In this document: positions 36,891-47,232 of the stretch, one piece after another | How positions within the stretch are numbered: the stretch's first letter is position 1 | Layout of the letters: every line of letters begins with the position of its first letter | Assembly: GCA_039630085.1 (NCBI GenBank) | Contig: JBCNVM010000003.1 | Coordinates: 61,338-125,337 of the forward strand | Direction of reading: 5' to 3' | From: Candidatus Caldarchaeales archaeon | GTDB taxonomy: Archaea > Thermoproteota > Nitrososphaeria_A > Caldarchaeales > Calditenuaceae | DNA length: 64,000 bases | Program-made: the position numbers and the translations under genes | Notes under the pieces: generated by a model | The model's input: the letters and a program-made list of their open reading frames with translations, nothing else | Told to the model about the DNA's origin: nothing | Database searches by the model: none

Positions 36891-38465
36891 GTGGGCAGTA
36901 GGGTCTCCCTGCCTCCCTCGGAGGAAGGGCACATAGAGTTCAAGTCGAAACTGCTGGCGTCGGTCCACCTCAGGCCGGAGAGGAGGCAGCGGCTCGCGGC
37001 CCAGATGAAGTCGAGGCTGATCGAGGGAGGCGGCGTCGCGGTCTACGTCTTGGGGGTCGAGGACGACGGCGCGCCCGCAGGGCTGACCGAGGTGGAGCTC
37101 GAGGAGAGCCTCGCGGTCATCAGCTCCCTGGCCGCGGAGTGCGGTGCAAGGGTGAAGCGGGTCGAGAGGGTCTCAACTGAGGGAGGCATCGTCGCGAAGG
37201 TCGTGATAGAGAGGGTCTCGGCGTCCCCGAAGAGCCACCTGACGGTAGGGGTCGCGGGACACGTCAACCACGGGAAGTCGACGCTAATCGCGTGCCTCGT
37301 GACCGGCGAGAGGGACGACGGTACCAAGTGGCTCTACATGGACACGCTCCCCCACGAGATCTCGAGGAACCTCTCGGCGGACCTGCACTTCACGGTCCTC
37401 GGCTTCAGGGAGGGGAGGCCGGTCTTCCTCAGGAACCCCAGGGACAGGGAGGAGAAGGCGAGGGTCGTCAGGGAAGCGGAGAGGGTGGTGAGCATCGTCG
37501 ACACGGTGGGACACGAGCCGTGGCTCAGGACGACGATAAGGGGGCTCCTCGGGCAGGGCCTCGACTACGGGATCCTCGTGGTAGCGGCCGACGACGGCCC
37601 GACCCACATCACCAGGGAGCACCTCGGACTGATGTTCGGGTCCGAGCTCCCGGTCATCGTCTGCATCACGAAGGTCGACAAGGTCGGGAGGAGGAGGCTC
37701 GAGGAGGTGGAAGAGGAGGTGTCGAGGCTGATCAAGCGTGTGGGCCGGGTTCCCTATCAGGTGAGGGACAGGTCGGACGTCGACGTGGTCGTCGACAAGG
37801 TGAACCCCGTCGTGCCGATCGTGGAGGTCTCATCGGCGACGCGGCAGGGCTTCAACCTCCTCTACGGTCTCCTCTCCTCCCTCCCCCCGAGGCCGAAGAG
37901 GGTCAACGAGCCGTTTTTGATGTACGTCGACAGGGTTTACAACGTCGAGGGCGCGGGGACGGTCGTCTCGGGGACGATACTGCAGGGCACGCTGAGGAGC
38001 GGGGACGCGCTGCTGCTCGGCCCCGACGACAGGGGGAGCTTCGCCGAGGTGAGGGCGAGGAGCATCGAGGTCCACCACTCGAAGGTCGAGGAGGCCTACG
38101 CGGGTCAGCTCGTCGGCGTTGCGATCAGAGGGGTTCCGCAGGGCTCGGTCAGGAGGGGGATGGTCCTCTCGGAGCACGGGACGCGGCCTAGGGCGGTCAG
38201 GCGCTTCGACGGCGAGCTCGTCGTCCTCAACCACCCGACGAGGGTCGCGACCGGATACGAGCCGATATTCCACTGTCACACGATCGCCCAGTCTGTCAAG
38301 ACCTTCGTCCACGACAGCGGCTTCATCGCGCCCGGCGAGCAGGGGACCGCGACGTTCTCGTTCAAGTACAGGCCCGAGTTCGTCAGGGAGGGCGACGTCT
38401 TCGTCCTGAGGGAGGGCAGGGTCAAGGGGATCGGGAGGATAACGAGGGTGCTGGAGGACGGATGA
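36891..38465 (+). CDS. Translational GTPase, GTPBP1/aGTPBP family
   Basis: N-terminal EEGHIEFK domain; G1 GHVNHGKST, G3 DTVGHE, G4 TKVD; EF-Tu-like domains II and III. Confidence 0.88.
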   Translation: MGSRVSLPPSEEGHIEFKSKLLASVHLRPERRQRLAAQMKSRLIEGGGVAVYVLGVEDDGAPAGLTEVELEESLAVISSLAAECGARVKRVERVSTEGGIVAKVVIERVSASPKSHLTVGVAGHVNHGKSTLIACLVTGERDDGTKWLYMDTLPHEISRNLSADLHFTVLGFREGRPVFLRNPRDREEKARVVREAERVVSIVDTVGHEPWLRTTIRGLLGQGLDYGILVVAADDGPTHITREHLGLMFGSELPVIVCITKVDKVGRRRLEEVEEEVSRLIKRVGRVPYQVRDRSDVDVVVDKVNPVVPIVEVSSATRQGFNLLYGLLSSLPPRPKRVNEPFLMYVDRVYNVEGAGTVVSGTILQGTLRSGDALLLGPDDRGSFAEVRARSIEVHHSKVEEAYAGQLVGVAIRGVPQGSVRRGMVLSEHGTRPRAVRRFDGELVVLNHPTRVATGYEPIFHCHTIAQSVKTFVHDSGFIAPGEQGTATFSFKYRPEFVREGDVFVLREGRVKGIGRITRVLEDG

Positions 38466-38624
38466 ACGGGGCCGCGGCTCACTCCGCGTCCTCAAGCGGT
38501 GGAATAGGCCGGGCTCTGGCGCGGGGCCCTCCGGAGTCAAAGGCGTCCCGTACCGGATAACTGTGAAGGTTTTCACGACGCGCTTTCCAAAAAATTTATT
38601 TCAGTCAAAGCTATTTGTCAGCTC

Positions 38625-39620
38625 ATGAGCAAGTCTCGGATCAGGATCTTGTTGGTCGTCGCGGTGGTGGTCGTCGCGGCGGCGATCACCGCGACCTATT
38701 TCACCGCGGTCACGAGGCCTCCCGAGAGGGTGACGTTCAGCATAGCGACGGGAGGCGTGGGAGGTGTCTACTATCCAGTGGGTGGGGCCTTCGCGTCGCT
38801 CTGGAACAAGTACCTGGGACCGACGGTGACCGCGACCGTCGAGGCGACGACAGCTTCCGTGGACAACATCAAGCTCCTGAGGGACGGGAAGGTAGAGGTT
38901 GCCTTCACTCTGCCCGACACGGCCTACGATGCCTATAGAGGAGCGGGAGCGTTCTCGGACTCGAAGGTCGAGGTCAGAACCCTTGCGGTGCTGTACAACA
39001 ACTACCAGCACATAGTGACCCTCGAGGGCAAGGGGATCACGAAGATCTCCGACCTCAAGGGAAAGAGGGTCTCGACGGGCGCGCCTGGGAGCGGGACAGA
39101 GGTGATAGCCCTGAGGATCCTTCGGGCGGCGGGCATAGACCCCGACAAGGACATCGTGAGGGAGAGGTTGGGGGTGAGGGAATCCGCTGACGCGCTCAAG
39201 GACGGGAAGATAGACGCGTTCTTCTGGAGCGGGGGCATACCGACTGCGGCAGTCGCCGAGCTGGCGTCGACGCCGGGCCTGAAGGTCGTCCTGCTGCCGA
39301 GCTCCGAGGTCGTCGAGAAGCTGAGGGAGCAGTTCGGGCCCATCTACTTCGTCGCCAAGATACCTGCAGGGACTTACGCGGGCCAGGACAGGGACATCGA
39401 GGTTCTCACAGCCACCAACCTCCTAGTGGTTCACGCCCGCATGCCCGAGTCCCTAGCCTATCAGTTGACGAAGACCCTTTTCGATAACATCAAGGAGATC
39501 GAGGGAGCCCACGCCGTCATCAAGGACATCAAGCTGGAATTCCAGAAGTCGATGTACTCGCCGATACCATTCCACGAGGGCGCGATAAGGTACTACAGGG
39601 AGAAAGGGGTTTGGAGATAG
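38625..39620 (+). CDS. TAXI-family TRAP solute-binding protein
   Basis: IATGGVGGVYYPVG, TTASVDN, GAPGSGT, PFHEGAIRYYRE. Confidence 0.93.
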   Translation: MSKSRIRILLVVAVVVVAAAITATYFTAVTRPPERVTFSIATGGVGGVYYPVGGAFASLWNKYLGPTVTATVEATTASVDNIKLLRDGKVEVAFTLPDTAYDAYRGAGAFSDSKVEVRTLAVLYNNYQHIVTLEGKGITKISDLKGKRVSTGAPGSGTEVIALRILRAAGIDPDKDIVRERLGVRESADALKDGKIDAFFWSGGIPTAAVAELASTPGLKVVLLPSSEVVEKLREQFGPIYFVAKIPAGTYAGQDRDIEVLTATNLLVVHARMPESLAYQLTKTLFDNIKEIEGAHAVIKDIKLEFQKSMYSPIPFHEGAIRYYREKGVWR

Positions 39621-39630
39621 CACGCTGAAC

Positions 39631-40098
39631 TTGAAGGTGCGTCCGTTGGACCTACCGACCGGCCTCTTGGTCTTAGTGATTGTGATCGTTCTAATTACGA
39701 CGGCCAACGTAAACCGCGAGACCATCTGCGTGATAGGGGAGCGAGGGAAGGCGCTGGTCCTTGACGTGCCCGAGGACGGGACAGTAGTCCTTCGGTACAC
39801 GCACTCGGTCAGGCAGATGGTTACGGTTGAGACGTACCGGATCGAGCGGGGTGCGATCGTCTTGAGGAGCGTGAAGATGGGTGACGGAGCCTCGACCGCT
39901 CTCTATGACGAGGGCATGGCCTTCATGGATGGCGGAGCCGTCAGGATCGAGGGGCTGAACGTACCCCTCCGCGAGCTGAAGTTGAGGGTCGGCGACACCG
40001 GAAGGCCCGTGCTGACTGTGGGGAACTCTCGGATCAACCTCTCCGAGGTCTTCGGTCCGGGCGAGGGCGTCGGGATCAGCGTTGGTGGATGCGCGTAG
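39631..40098 (+). CDS. DUF1850-like TAXI-associated protein
   Basis: LRYTHSV motif; position between the TAXI receptor and the permease. Confidence 0.75.
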   Translation: MKVRPLDLPTGLLVLVIVIVLITTANVNRETICVIGERGKALVLDVPEDGTVVLRYTHSVRQMVTVETYRIERGAIVLRSVKMGDGASTALYDEGMAFMDGGAVRIEGLNVPLRELKLRVGDTGRPVLTVGNSRINLSEVFGPGEGVGISVGGCA

Positions 40099-42064
40099 GC
40101 TTCTGACGGACGCCCTCGCGGCGGCGCTGGTCCTCTGGTCACTTTACAGCGTGGCCCCCATAAACCTGATTCTGCCCGACTGGGCTCTCCAGCTCCTGCC
40201 CCTCAGGCCGCCCGTAGAGACCTACAAGTTCAGATGGGTCCACCTGGCCCTGATACTCGCCCTGGCGGCGTTGACCTACGCGAAGTCCAGAGCGAGGACG
40301 CTCCCGCTGCTTCTGCTGGCTTTCGGAGGCCTTCTCTACCAGGTCTCGCAGTTCGACAGGTTCGTCTACTCGGCCGCGACCCCCAGCGCCGTCGACGTGG
40401 CCGTCGGCCTGATGACGATCGGGCTGCTGATCTACGTGGTCTACAGGAGCAGCGGCCTTGCGGTCACCCTGCTGCTGCTGTTCTTCATCGTTTACGCGAT
40501 GACCGGGTACTACTGGCCAGAACCCTTCACGCACAGGGGCTACAGCTTCGAGAGGCTGGTCGGACACCTCTACATGACCCTAGAGGGGATATTCGGCGTC
40601 GCGATCGACGTCTCCGCCACTCTGGTCATCCTGTTCGTCGCGTACGGGGCCCTCATGGACGCCTCAGGGGCCAGCAAGTTCTTCATGGAGCTGGTATACC
40701 TGTCGATGGGGAGAAGCCCCTCGGCCGCGGGAAGGGCGACCGTGCTCCTCACCGCGCTCATAGGCGGGCCCCAGGGGAGCGGCGTCGCAACTACCCTCTC
40801 CGTGGGACCGCTGGTGAAGGAATACCTGCTGAGGGCCGGTTATCCGAGGGAGAAGGCCGCGGGGCTGCTGTCGGCCGGCGGAATAGGCGCTGTGATATCG
40901 CCCCCGCTCCTAGGTGCGGCTGCGTTCCTGATGATGGAGTTCCTGAGGATCCCCCTGATCAGCGTGATGGTCTTAGTTCTGGTCCCCACCCTGCTCATCT
41001 ACGCCGTCCTCTACGTGACGGTCTGGCTGGAATCGAAGGCCTTGGACCTCAAGCCGGTCGAACTTCCGAAGGTCGAGGCGCTCAGGGTGCTGAGGGGTCT
41101 CTATCACCTGCTCTCGATGGCCGTCCTGATAGCTGTCCTGCTCGTCGGGCGCTCGCCAGGGATGGCCATAACGTCGGCGATATTCGTCACGATCGTCACG
41201 AGCTTCCTCAGCAGGGACAGGAGCGAGTGGCTGACCCCCAGGAGGCTCCTCGGGACGCTCATCGAGGCGGGGAAGAGCTTCCTGCCGGTGGGGTGCATAC
41301 TCGCGGGGGTGGGGATCGTCATCGGGGTCTTCACCCTCACGGGGCTGGGCCTCAAGCTCGCAGGGATCATCGTGGCCGCGAGCGGGGGAATCAGGGAGGT
41401 CGCGGTCCTGCTCAGCGGGCTAGCTGTGATACTGGTGGGCCTGGCCGTCCCGATCACCGCCTCCTACGTCGTCACGGCTGCGGTCGTCACGCCGGCCCTC
41501 GCTGCCCTCGGCATACCTCCACACGTCTCGCACGTCTTCGTCTTCTATTACGCGGTGCTCTCCGAGGTCTCCCCACCGATAGGGCTGGCTCCCATGGCAG
41601 CCGCGTCGATCTTCGGCGGGAACCCCTTCAGGACCATGATGGAGGCCTGGAGGTACACGCTCCCGGCGTTCGTCATACCCTTCTTCTTCACCTTCACCGC
41701 GGATGGGGAGCAGCTGCTGTTGCTGCAGGACCCGAAGAACGTAGTCTTCTTCGACCCGCTCGGCGTGATCGTGCCCCTCGCGGCGTCGATCGTAGGGGTG
41801 GTGTTCCTGAGCGCAGCGATGGCAGGGCATCTGTTCTCTAACCTGAGCCCGGCGGAGGTCGTGGCCCTCGCAGTCGCGGGTTCGGTGATAGGTCTTTACC
41901 CGGAGAACCAGCTCGCCGTCCTCTCGTCGCTGGTCGTGATCGCGGGAGTCCTGTCGGCTCAGATCGCGAAGACTAGGGTCAGGAACTCGCGTGCGACACC
42001 CGCTCAGGTTCAATCTCGCGGCCTTTCGTGGCTGAATCGCAGGAGCGCCTCGAAGATCGCCTGA
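40082..42064 (+). CDS. TRAP transporter fused 4TM/12TM permease
   Basis: EGIFGV, PPLLGAAAFLM, VFYYAVLSEVSPPIGLA; many TM segments. Confidence 0.92.
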   Translation: MVDARRLLTDALAAALVLWSLYSVAPINLILPDWALQLLPLRPPVETYKFRWVHLALILALAALTYAKSRARTLPLLLLAFGGLLYQVSQFDRFVYSAATPSAVDVAVGLMTIGLLIYVVYRSSGLAVTLLLLFFIVYAMTGYYWPEPFTHRGYSFERLVGHLYMTLEGIFGVAIDVSATLVILFVAYGALMDASGASKFFMELVYLSMGRSPSAAGRATVLLTALIGGPQGSGVATTLSVGPLVKEYLLRAGYPREKAAGLLSAGGIGAVISPPLLGAAAFLMMEFLRIPLISVMVLVLVPTLLIYAVLYVTVWLESKALDLKPVELPKVEALRVLRGLYHLLSMAVLIAVLLVGRSPGMAITSAIFVTIVTSFLSRDRSEWLTPRRLLGTLIEAGKSFLPVGCILAGVGIVIGVFTLTGLGLKLAGIIVAASGGIREVAVLLSGLAVILVGLAVPITASYVVTAAVVTPALAALGIPPHVSHVFVFYYAVLSEVSPPIGLAPMAAASIFGGNPFRTMMEAWRYTLPAFVIPFFFTFTADGEQLLLLQDPKNVVFFDPLGVIVPLAASIVGVVFLSAAMAGHLFSNLSPAEVVALAVAGSVIGLYPENQLAVLSSLVVIAGVLSAQIAKTRVRNSRATPAQVQSRGLSWLNRRSASKIA

Positions 42065-42897
42065 GTGCCGTGCTTCTCGAACCCCATCGCTGAGAGGACC
42101 TTCGTGAGCTGGTGGACCGTCGAGGCGCCGAAGAGGGGGACGCCAGCCCGCTCGGCGACCTCCAGCACGATCCTCAGGTCCTTCCTTAGGTGCTCGACCT
42201 TGAAGCCGGGAGCGTAGTCCCGCTCGATCATCCTGGGCCCGAGGTTGTTGAGCTGCCAAGAGCCTGCTGCGCCCGACCCTATGACGTCGAGGACCTTCCG
42301 GGGGTCGAGTCCGACCTTCTCGGCGAACGCGAGGGCCTCCGCGGCCGCGAGGAGCGTCCCCGCGACGGCGATCTGGTTCGCGAGCTTCGTCAGCTGGCCG
42401 CTTCCCGACGGCCCCATGTACTCGATCCGCCTCCCCATGCACTCGAGCAGCGGCCTCGCCCTCTCGAAGGCCTCCCTCTCGCCGCCGACCATGAAGGTGA
42501 GCGTCCCCGACTCGGCCGCGAAGGTGCTGCCGGTGACAGGAGCGTCGAGGTAGCTCGCGCCGACCTCCCCGAGCCTCGAGGCGATCTCCACCTCGGTAGA
42601 CGGGGAGACGGTGGAGCAGTCGACGACGATAGACCCGGGCCTCAACCCGCCGATCAGCCCCCTCTCGCCCAAGACGACCTCCCTCACGTCGTCCGAGTCG
42701 GGGAGCATCAGGAAGACGAACTCGGACGCCCTCGCGACCTCCTCGGGGCTCGAGGCTGCGCGCGCACCCATCGCGGCCAGCTCCTCGACCGGCGCCCTGC
42801 TCCTGTTGTATACTGTCAGGTGGTGGCCGTGCTGAAGCAGCCTCCTCGACATCGGCCTCCCCATCAGGCCCAGACCGATGAATCCGACCTCGGCCAT
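42010..42897 (-). CDS. 3-hydroxyisobutyrate dehydrogenase/tartronate semialdehyde reductase family
   Basis: GFIGLGLMG, DAPVTG, KLANQ, KDL. Confidence 0.9.
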   Translation of the reverse strand: MAEVGFIGLGLMGRPMSRRLLQHGHHLTVYNRSRAPVEELAAMGARAASSPEEVARASEFVFLMLPDSDDVREVVLGERGLIGGLRPGSIVVDCSTVSPSTEVEIASRLGEVGASYLDAPVTGSTFAAESGTLTFMVGGEREAFERARPLLECMGRRIEYMGPSGSGQLTKLANQIAVAGTLLAAAEALAFAEKVGLDPRKVLDVIGSGAAGSWQLNNLGPRMIERDYAPGFKVEHLRKDLRIVLEVAERAGVPLFGASTVHQLTKVLSAMGFEKHGTQAIFEALLRFSHERPRD

Positions 42898-42998
42898 CGC
42901 GCACCGTCCTCCCCCCGGCGGGCTTTACCCGTTTCCCCGCTGCGGTGCTCCGCGACCGGGCGTGGCGTTTATGGTGAGGGCGACCGACTTCATCGGCG

Positions 42999-43532
42999 GT
43001 GCAGGTCTTCAGGCCCTACGTCGACTGGAGGAGGTCGGCCGAGGTGCTAGACGACAGGAGGCTCGGGAAGCAGAGGGTCGAGTGCAAGCAGGTCCTGAAC
43101 GCGATCCTCAGGAAGTTGGGGCTGATCGAGGACGGCCGCAGGGGATGGCTCAACCACCCGATCGTCCTCCTCTACTTCAACGATGGGAAGCCGTACGTCA
43201 GCGACCTCGTCGGGTTCTTCAGAGCCTGCGTCGAGGAGTGGAGGCGGAGGGGCTACAGCAGCTCGATCGGCCTCGACGACATAGCTCCGCTGCTCGCGAG
43301 GATCGAGACCACCGAGGGCACGCCGGTCACCAGGGTCCACGAGATCGAGTACCGGAGGATACTCCTGATGAAGGACCCGGAGCACTACGTGAGGGCGTTC
43401 CCGAGGGAGGAGGTGATCGAGGTCCTCGAGACCGGGCCCGTCTTCGTGAGCGGGATCAACGGCTGGCTCTTTGAGGACTTGAAGAGGTACAGGAGGCTCG
43501 CTGCCCGCTTGAGGTCCGTGTTGAGCTCCTGA
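42999..43532 (+). CDS. Pyrimidine dimer DNA glycosylase/T4 endonuclease V family protein
   Basis: MQVFRPY..LDDRRLGKQRVE, GWLNHP, EWRRRGY. Confidence 0.8.
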   Translation: MQVFRPYVDWRRSAEVLDDRRLGKQRVECKQVLNAILRKLGLIEDGRRGWLNHPIVLLYFNDGKPYVSDLVGFFRACVEEWRRRGYSSSIGLDDIAPLLARIETTEGTPVTRVHEIEYRRILLMKDPEHYVRAFPREEVIEVLETGPVFVSGINGWLFEDLKRYRRLAARLRSVLSS

Positions 43533-43534
43533 CG

Positions 43535-43990
43535 TCAGAGGAACGCGTCCACTAGGTACGCGACTATCGTGCCGTACAGTATGTGGAGCGCGATGCTGAG
43601 GGCTGACGGCCTCCAGCCGAGCGGGTGCTTAGTTATCGAGACCCCGGTGAGGGGCCTGTGGATGAGCGCCAACGTGAAGACCCAGAGGAAGACGCCGAAG
43701 GCGGGACCGAGGACGAGAGGGCCGAGCCGGGCGAACTGCGGGACGAGCGCTACGAACACGCCGTAGGCCATCGCGGCGATCCCACCGTTCGCGAAGTGGA
43801 AGAAGAACCCGGTCAGGAGCGAGTCCTCGGGCCTGCGCCCAGTCACCCTCGCCGCGATCATCTGGTTCTCGTGCCACTCGAGGATCCCGTCCGTCGACCA
43901 CTTCCTCCAGAAGAAGTACTGCGGCACGCTCATCACAGCGGTCGCCACTATGCCCGCGAGAAGCCCGTAGGCGGCAGCCTCAAGGATCAC
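43535..43990 (-). CDS. Small four-TM membrane protein with conserved His residues
   Basis: GLLAGIVATAVMS, FHFANG, LHILYG. Confidence 0.7.
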   Translation of the reverse strand: MILEAAAYGLLAGIVATAVMSVPQYFFWRKWSTDGILEWHENQMIAARVTGRRPEDSLLTGFFFHFANGGIAAMAYGVFVALVPQFARLGPLVLGPAFGVFLWVFTLALIHRPLTGVSITKHPLGWRPSALSIALHILYGTIVAYLVDAFL

Positions 43991-44089
43991 AGACGGACTC
44001 CGGGAGGCGAGCGGATAAGCCTAACCCGTCCTGCCGAATCCCGCGCCGTTCCGCGAAAACTTTATCGAGGCGGGGGACGAGACAACGGT

Positions 44090-44659
44090 GTGAGCAGCGA
44101 CTTCCCGCCTTGGTGGAGGAGGCGGTGGAGGCCCTTCGAGCTCATCGACGAGATGATGAGGGAGTTCGAGAGGTGGTTCGAAGAGGAGTTCAGGAGGTTC
44201 GAGAGGGAGCTTCCCAGGGACCTGATCAGGGAAGTGAGGACTCCGACCGGGATAAGGAGGGAGATCGGGCCGATAGTCTACGGCTACTCGATAACGATAG
44301 GCTCCGACGGGAGACCTGTGATAAGGGAGTTCGGGAACGTGAGGCCGAGCAGGAGGGGAGAGCCGCCTATGCTGACGGTCGAGAGGGAGCCGCTCGTCGA
44401 CGTTCTCGACGAGGAGGACAAGGTCCGGGTGATCGCGGAGGTGCCCGGCGTCAACAAGGAGGACATCAACCTGAACGTCACCGACACCAAGCTGACCATC
44501 AGGGTCGATACCGAGAAGCGGAGGTACTTCAAGGAGATCGACCTGCCGGCCGAGGTCGACGCCGAGAACGCCAAGGCCAGCTACAACAACGGCGTCCTTG
44601 AGGTCACGCTACCAAAGAGGGTCACCAGGAAGCCCGCGAAGCAGATCAAGGTCGAATGA
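44090..44659 (+). CDS. hsp20: Archaeal small heat shock protein
   Basis: GPIVYGYSITIGSDGRP..EFGN, EREPLVDV, AEVPGV, ASYNNGVLEV, IKVE tail; GTG start at 44090. Confidence 0.93.
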   Translation: MSSDFPPWWRRRWRPFELIDEMMREFERWFEEEFRRFERELPRDLIREVRTPTGIRREIGPIVYGYSITIGSDGRPVIREFGNVRPSRRGEPPMLTVEREPLVDVLDEEDKVRVIAEVPGVNKEDINLNVTDTKLTIRVDTEKRRYFKEIDLPAEVDAENAKASYNNGVLEVTLPKRVTRKPAKQIKVE

Positions 44660-44747
44660 GGTTCGCACGGCCTTCGATCTAGTCCCCCGACCCACGTTCA
44701 GGCATTTGGAAATGCGTTAAATAGACGCGTGACGTGGCGAGGCGCAG

Positions 44748-46715
44748 ATGCGGGTTTCCTGGATGATCGGGGGGGCCCAGGGCAGCGGCGTAGACTCCTC
44801 CGCCAACGTATACGCGTATGCCGTCGCCTCCTCCGGGTACAACGTCTTCGGGAAGAGGGAGTACTTCTCGAACATCAAGGGTAGGCACAGTTACTTCACC
44901 GTCGTCGCGTCTGACGGCCCGGTAAGGAGCGTCACCGACGAGGTCCACGTCCTCACCAGCTTCGACGCGGAGACCGTCTTCAGGCACGCCTTCGAGGTGA
45001 TGAAGGGCGGCGTCCTGATCTACGACAAGTACCTCGAGGGGGAGCGGCTGAAGAACCAGTCGATGCTCGAACCGGAGGAGATGGAGAGGCTCGAGCACGA
45101 GCTCGAGGAGAGGGGCGTCTCGGGGACCGTGAAGGACGTCGTCAGGGCTGTCGAGGAGAGCGGCGCTCACGTGGTCCCGATGCCCTACATGGACCTCCTG
45201 AAGAGGGTGGGCGAGGCCATAGGCGAGACCCAGCTCAGCGCGCTCACCCGAATGGTCAACACGCTGGCCGTCGCGGCCTCCTTCAAGATCCTCAACGGAG
45301 GGATCGAGTACCTCGAAAAAGGACTGAACTACGCCTTCAGGGCGAAGAGGGCGATCGTGAGGAACAACGTGATAGCGTGCCAGGTCGCCTACGAGTACGT
45401 CGGCTCGGAGTTCGACGGCGTCAGGCTCGACGCGAGCCTCAGGCCGAGGACCGACGCAAACAACGGCCGCAGGGTCCTAGTGACGGGGACTTCGATGGTG
45501 GGGATCGCGAAGATCGCTGCGGGTTGCAGGGTGCAGTCCTATTACCCGATAACGCCCGCCGCCGACGAGAGCTTTTACCTCGAGGACGAGATGGAGTTCG
45601 GTCTCAGGCCCGAGGGAGAGACCGACCTCGCGGCCTTGGCCGAGTCCAAGGTCCTCTCCGAGAAGACGAGCATCGTGGTATTCCAGACAGAGGACGAGCT
45701 GGCCGCGATAGACATGGCCGTCGGCGCGGCCCTAGCGGGAGCGAGGGCAGCGACCGCTACCTCCGGCCCCGGGTTCGCCCTGATGCCCGAGGGACTAGAC
45801 TGGGCCAGCATAAACGAGGTACCCGTCGTGATCACGATATACTCGAGGGGAGGGCCGAGCACGGGCCTGCCGACGAGACACGAGCAGTCCGACCTCCTCT
45901 TCAGCGTCTTCGCGGGTCACGGAGAGGCGCCGAGGATAGTGCTGGCGTCGGGCGACATCGAGGAAGCCTTCTACGACACGATAAGGGCCTTCAACTACGC
46001 CGAGCGTTACCAGATGCCGGTCATCCACCTGCTAGACAAGTCGATCGCCAACTCGACGCAGAGCGTCCCGTTCCCGGACCTCAGCAGGGTCGTGATAGAC
46101 AGGGGGGTGCTAGTCGACTCGGCTGACAAGGACTACAAGAGGTTCGAGTTCACCGACTCAGGGATATCACCGAGGATTCCACTGGGAACGAAGGACGTCG
46201 TCTTCTGGAACACCGGCGACGAGCACGACGAGCTCGGCCACATCACAGAGGACCCCGTCACTAGGGTCAGGATGATGGAGAAGAGGATGAGGAAACTGGA
46301 GGTGGCCCAGAGGGAGATCCCGGCCGACGAGAAGATAGCTGTGTACGGTGACCCGTCCGCAGAGAACTGGATCATCAGCTGGGGCTCAACAAAGGGCCCG
46401 ATACTCGACGGCCTCGTACTGTTGAGGGAGGAGGGTTTCGATCGGGACATCGCGTTCCTTCAGGTCAAGCTCCTCTGGCCCTTCCCGGGTGAGCTGGTCA
46501 GGGAGACCCTGAAGGGCGCGAAGAGGGTGATCGATCTGGAGCAGAACTACATGGGCCAGATGGCTCTGCTCATGAGGATGACGACCGGTACCGAGCCCAC
46601 GAATTACGTCCTGAAGTACAACGGCAGGCCCTTCACGATGACCGAAGTCCGCGACGCGATCAAGACCGTCCTCAGGACCAACGTCAAGCGGCTCGTCACC
46701 AACAGGGGCAAGTAG
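44748..46715 (+). CDS. korA: 2-oxoacid:ferredoxin oxidoreductase alpha subunit (gamma-alpha fused)
   Basis: GGAQGSG, SNIKGRHS, YYPITPA, ATSGPG, RGGPSTGLPTRHEQSD, WGSTKG; substrate specificity not determinable. Confidence 0.9.
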   Translation: MRVSWMIGGAQGSGVDSSANVYAYAVASSGYNVFGKREYFSNIKGRHSYFTVVASDGPVRSVTDEVHVLTSFDAETVFRHAFEVMKGGVLIYDKYLEGERLKNQSMLEPEEMERLEHELEERGVSGTVKDVVRAVEESGAHVVPMPYMDLLKRVGEAIGETQLSALTRMVNTLAVAASFKILNGGIEYLEKGLNYAFRAKRAIVRNNVIACQVAYEYVGSEFDGVRLDASLRPRTDANNGRRVLVTGTSMVGIAKIAAGCRVQSYYPITPAADESFYLEDEMEFGLRPEGETDLAALAESKVLSEKTSIVVFQTEDELAAIDMAVGAALAGARAATATSGPGFALMPEGLDWASINEVPVVITIYSRGGPSTGLPTRHEQSDLLFSVFAGHGEAPRIVLASGDIEEAFYDTIRAFNYAERYQMPVIHLLDKSIANSTQSVPFPDLSRVVIDRGVLVDSADKDYKRFEFTDSGISPRIPLGTKDVVFWNTGDEHDELGHITEDPVTRVRMMEKRMRKLEVAQREIPADEKIAVYGDPSAENWIISWGSTKGPILDGLVLLREEGFDRDIAFLQVKLLWPFPGELVRETLKGAKRVIDLEQNYMGQMALLMRMTTGTEPTNYVLKYNGRPFTMTEVRDAIKTVLRTNVKRLVTNRGK

Positions 46716-46784
46716 TCCCCGATACTAGGTCAGCGTGTATAACGTTACGTAGTGGTTATCTCGGAGTAAGTCGGGTGCGGGATC

Positions 46785-47231
46785 GTGTCGGCTGTCGCCG
46801 CGAAGAGGTTCGCCGAGGAGTTCGCCTCGACCCTGGACAAGTCGGTCTCGGTCTCCCTCAAGTCGGGAGTCAAGCTGATCGGGAGGCTGGTCGCCTTCAA
46901 CCAGTCCGACTACAGCCTCTGGCTGGCCGACGTGACCTCATCCGACGGGAGGACCGCTAAGAAGCTCTTCGTCGCGGGCAGCGAGGTCTCCTCGATCGAG
47001 GTGCTCGAGAGGGGGCCGGAGCTGGACTCCCTTTACGAGAGGCTCAGCAAGACCTTCCCGAACATGGTCAAGTACCTGAAGGACGCGGGCGTCATACTGG
47101 TCATGGACAGGATCAGGGTCACTAAGGACGGCGTCGTCGAGGGGACGGGAACGGCCGCCCAGAGGGTCCAGAGGGTCTGGGAGGAGTGGAGGAGGGAGGA
47201 GGCGGAGAGGCAGCAGGCCTCGGGGACTTGA
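46785..47231 (+). CDS. Lsm/Sm-like RNA-binding protein with C-terminal domain (SmAP3-like)
   Basis: Sm fold (LDKSVSVSLKSG..GRLVAFN..SLWLADV) plus FPNMVKY..ILVMDRIRVTKDGV domain. Confidence 0.8.
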   Translation: MSAVAAKRFAEEFASTLDKSVSVSLKSGVKLIGRLVAFNQSDYSLWLADVTSSDGRTAKKLFVAGSEVSSIEVLERGPELDSLYERLSKTFPNMVKYLKDAGVILVMDRIRVTKDGVVEGTGTAAQRVQRVWEEWRREEAERQQASGT

Positions 47232-47232
47232 G

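Noticed and set aside
40234-42904. Long alternative-frame ORFs (40234-41841, 41420-42904, likewise 35877-36836 and 62238-63518)
   Set aside because: R/G/P-rich shadow frames of well-supported genes, expected from high GC at third codon positions.
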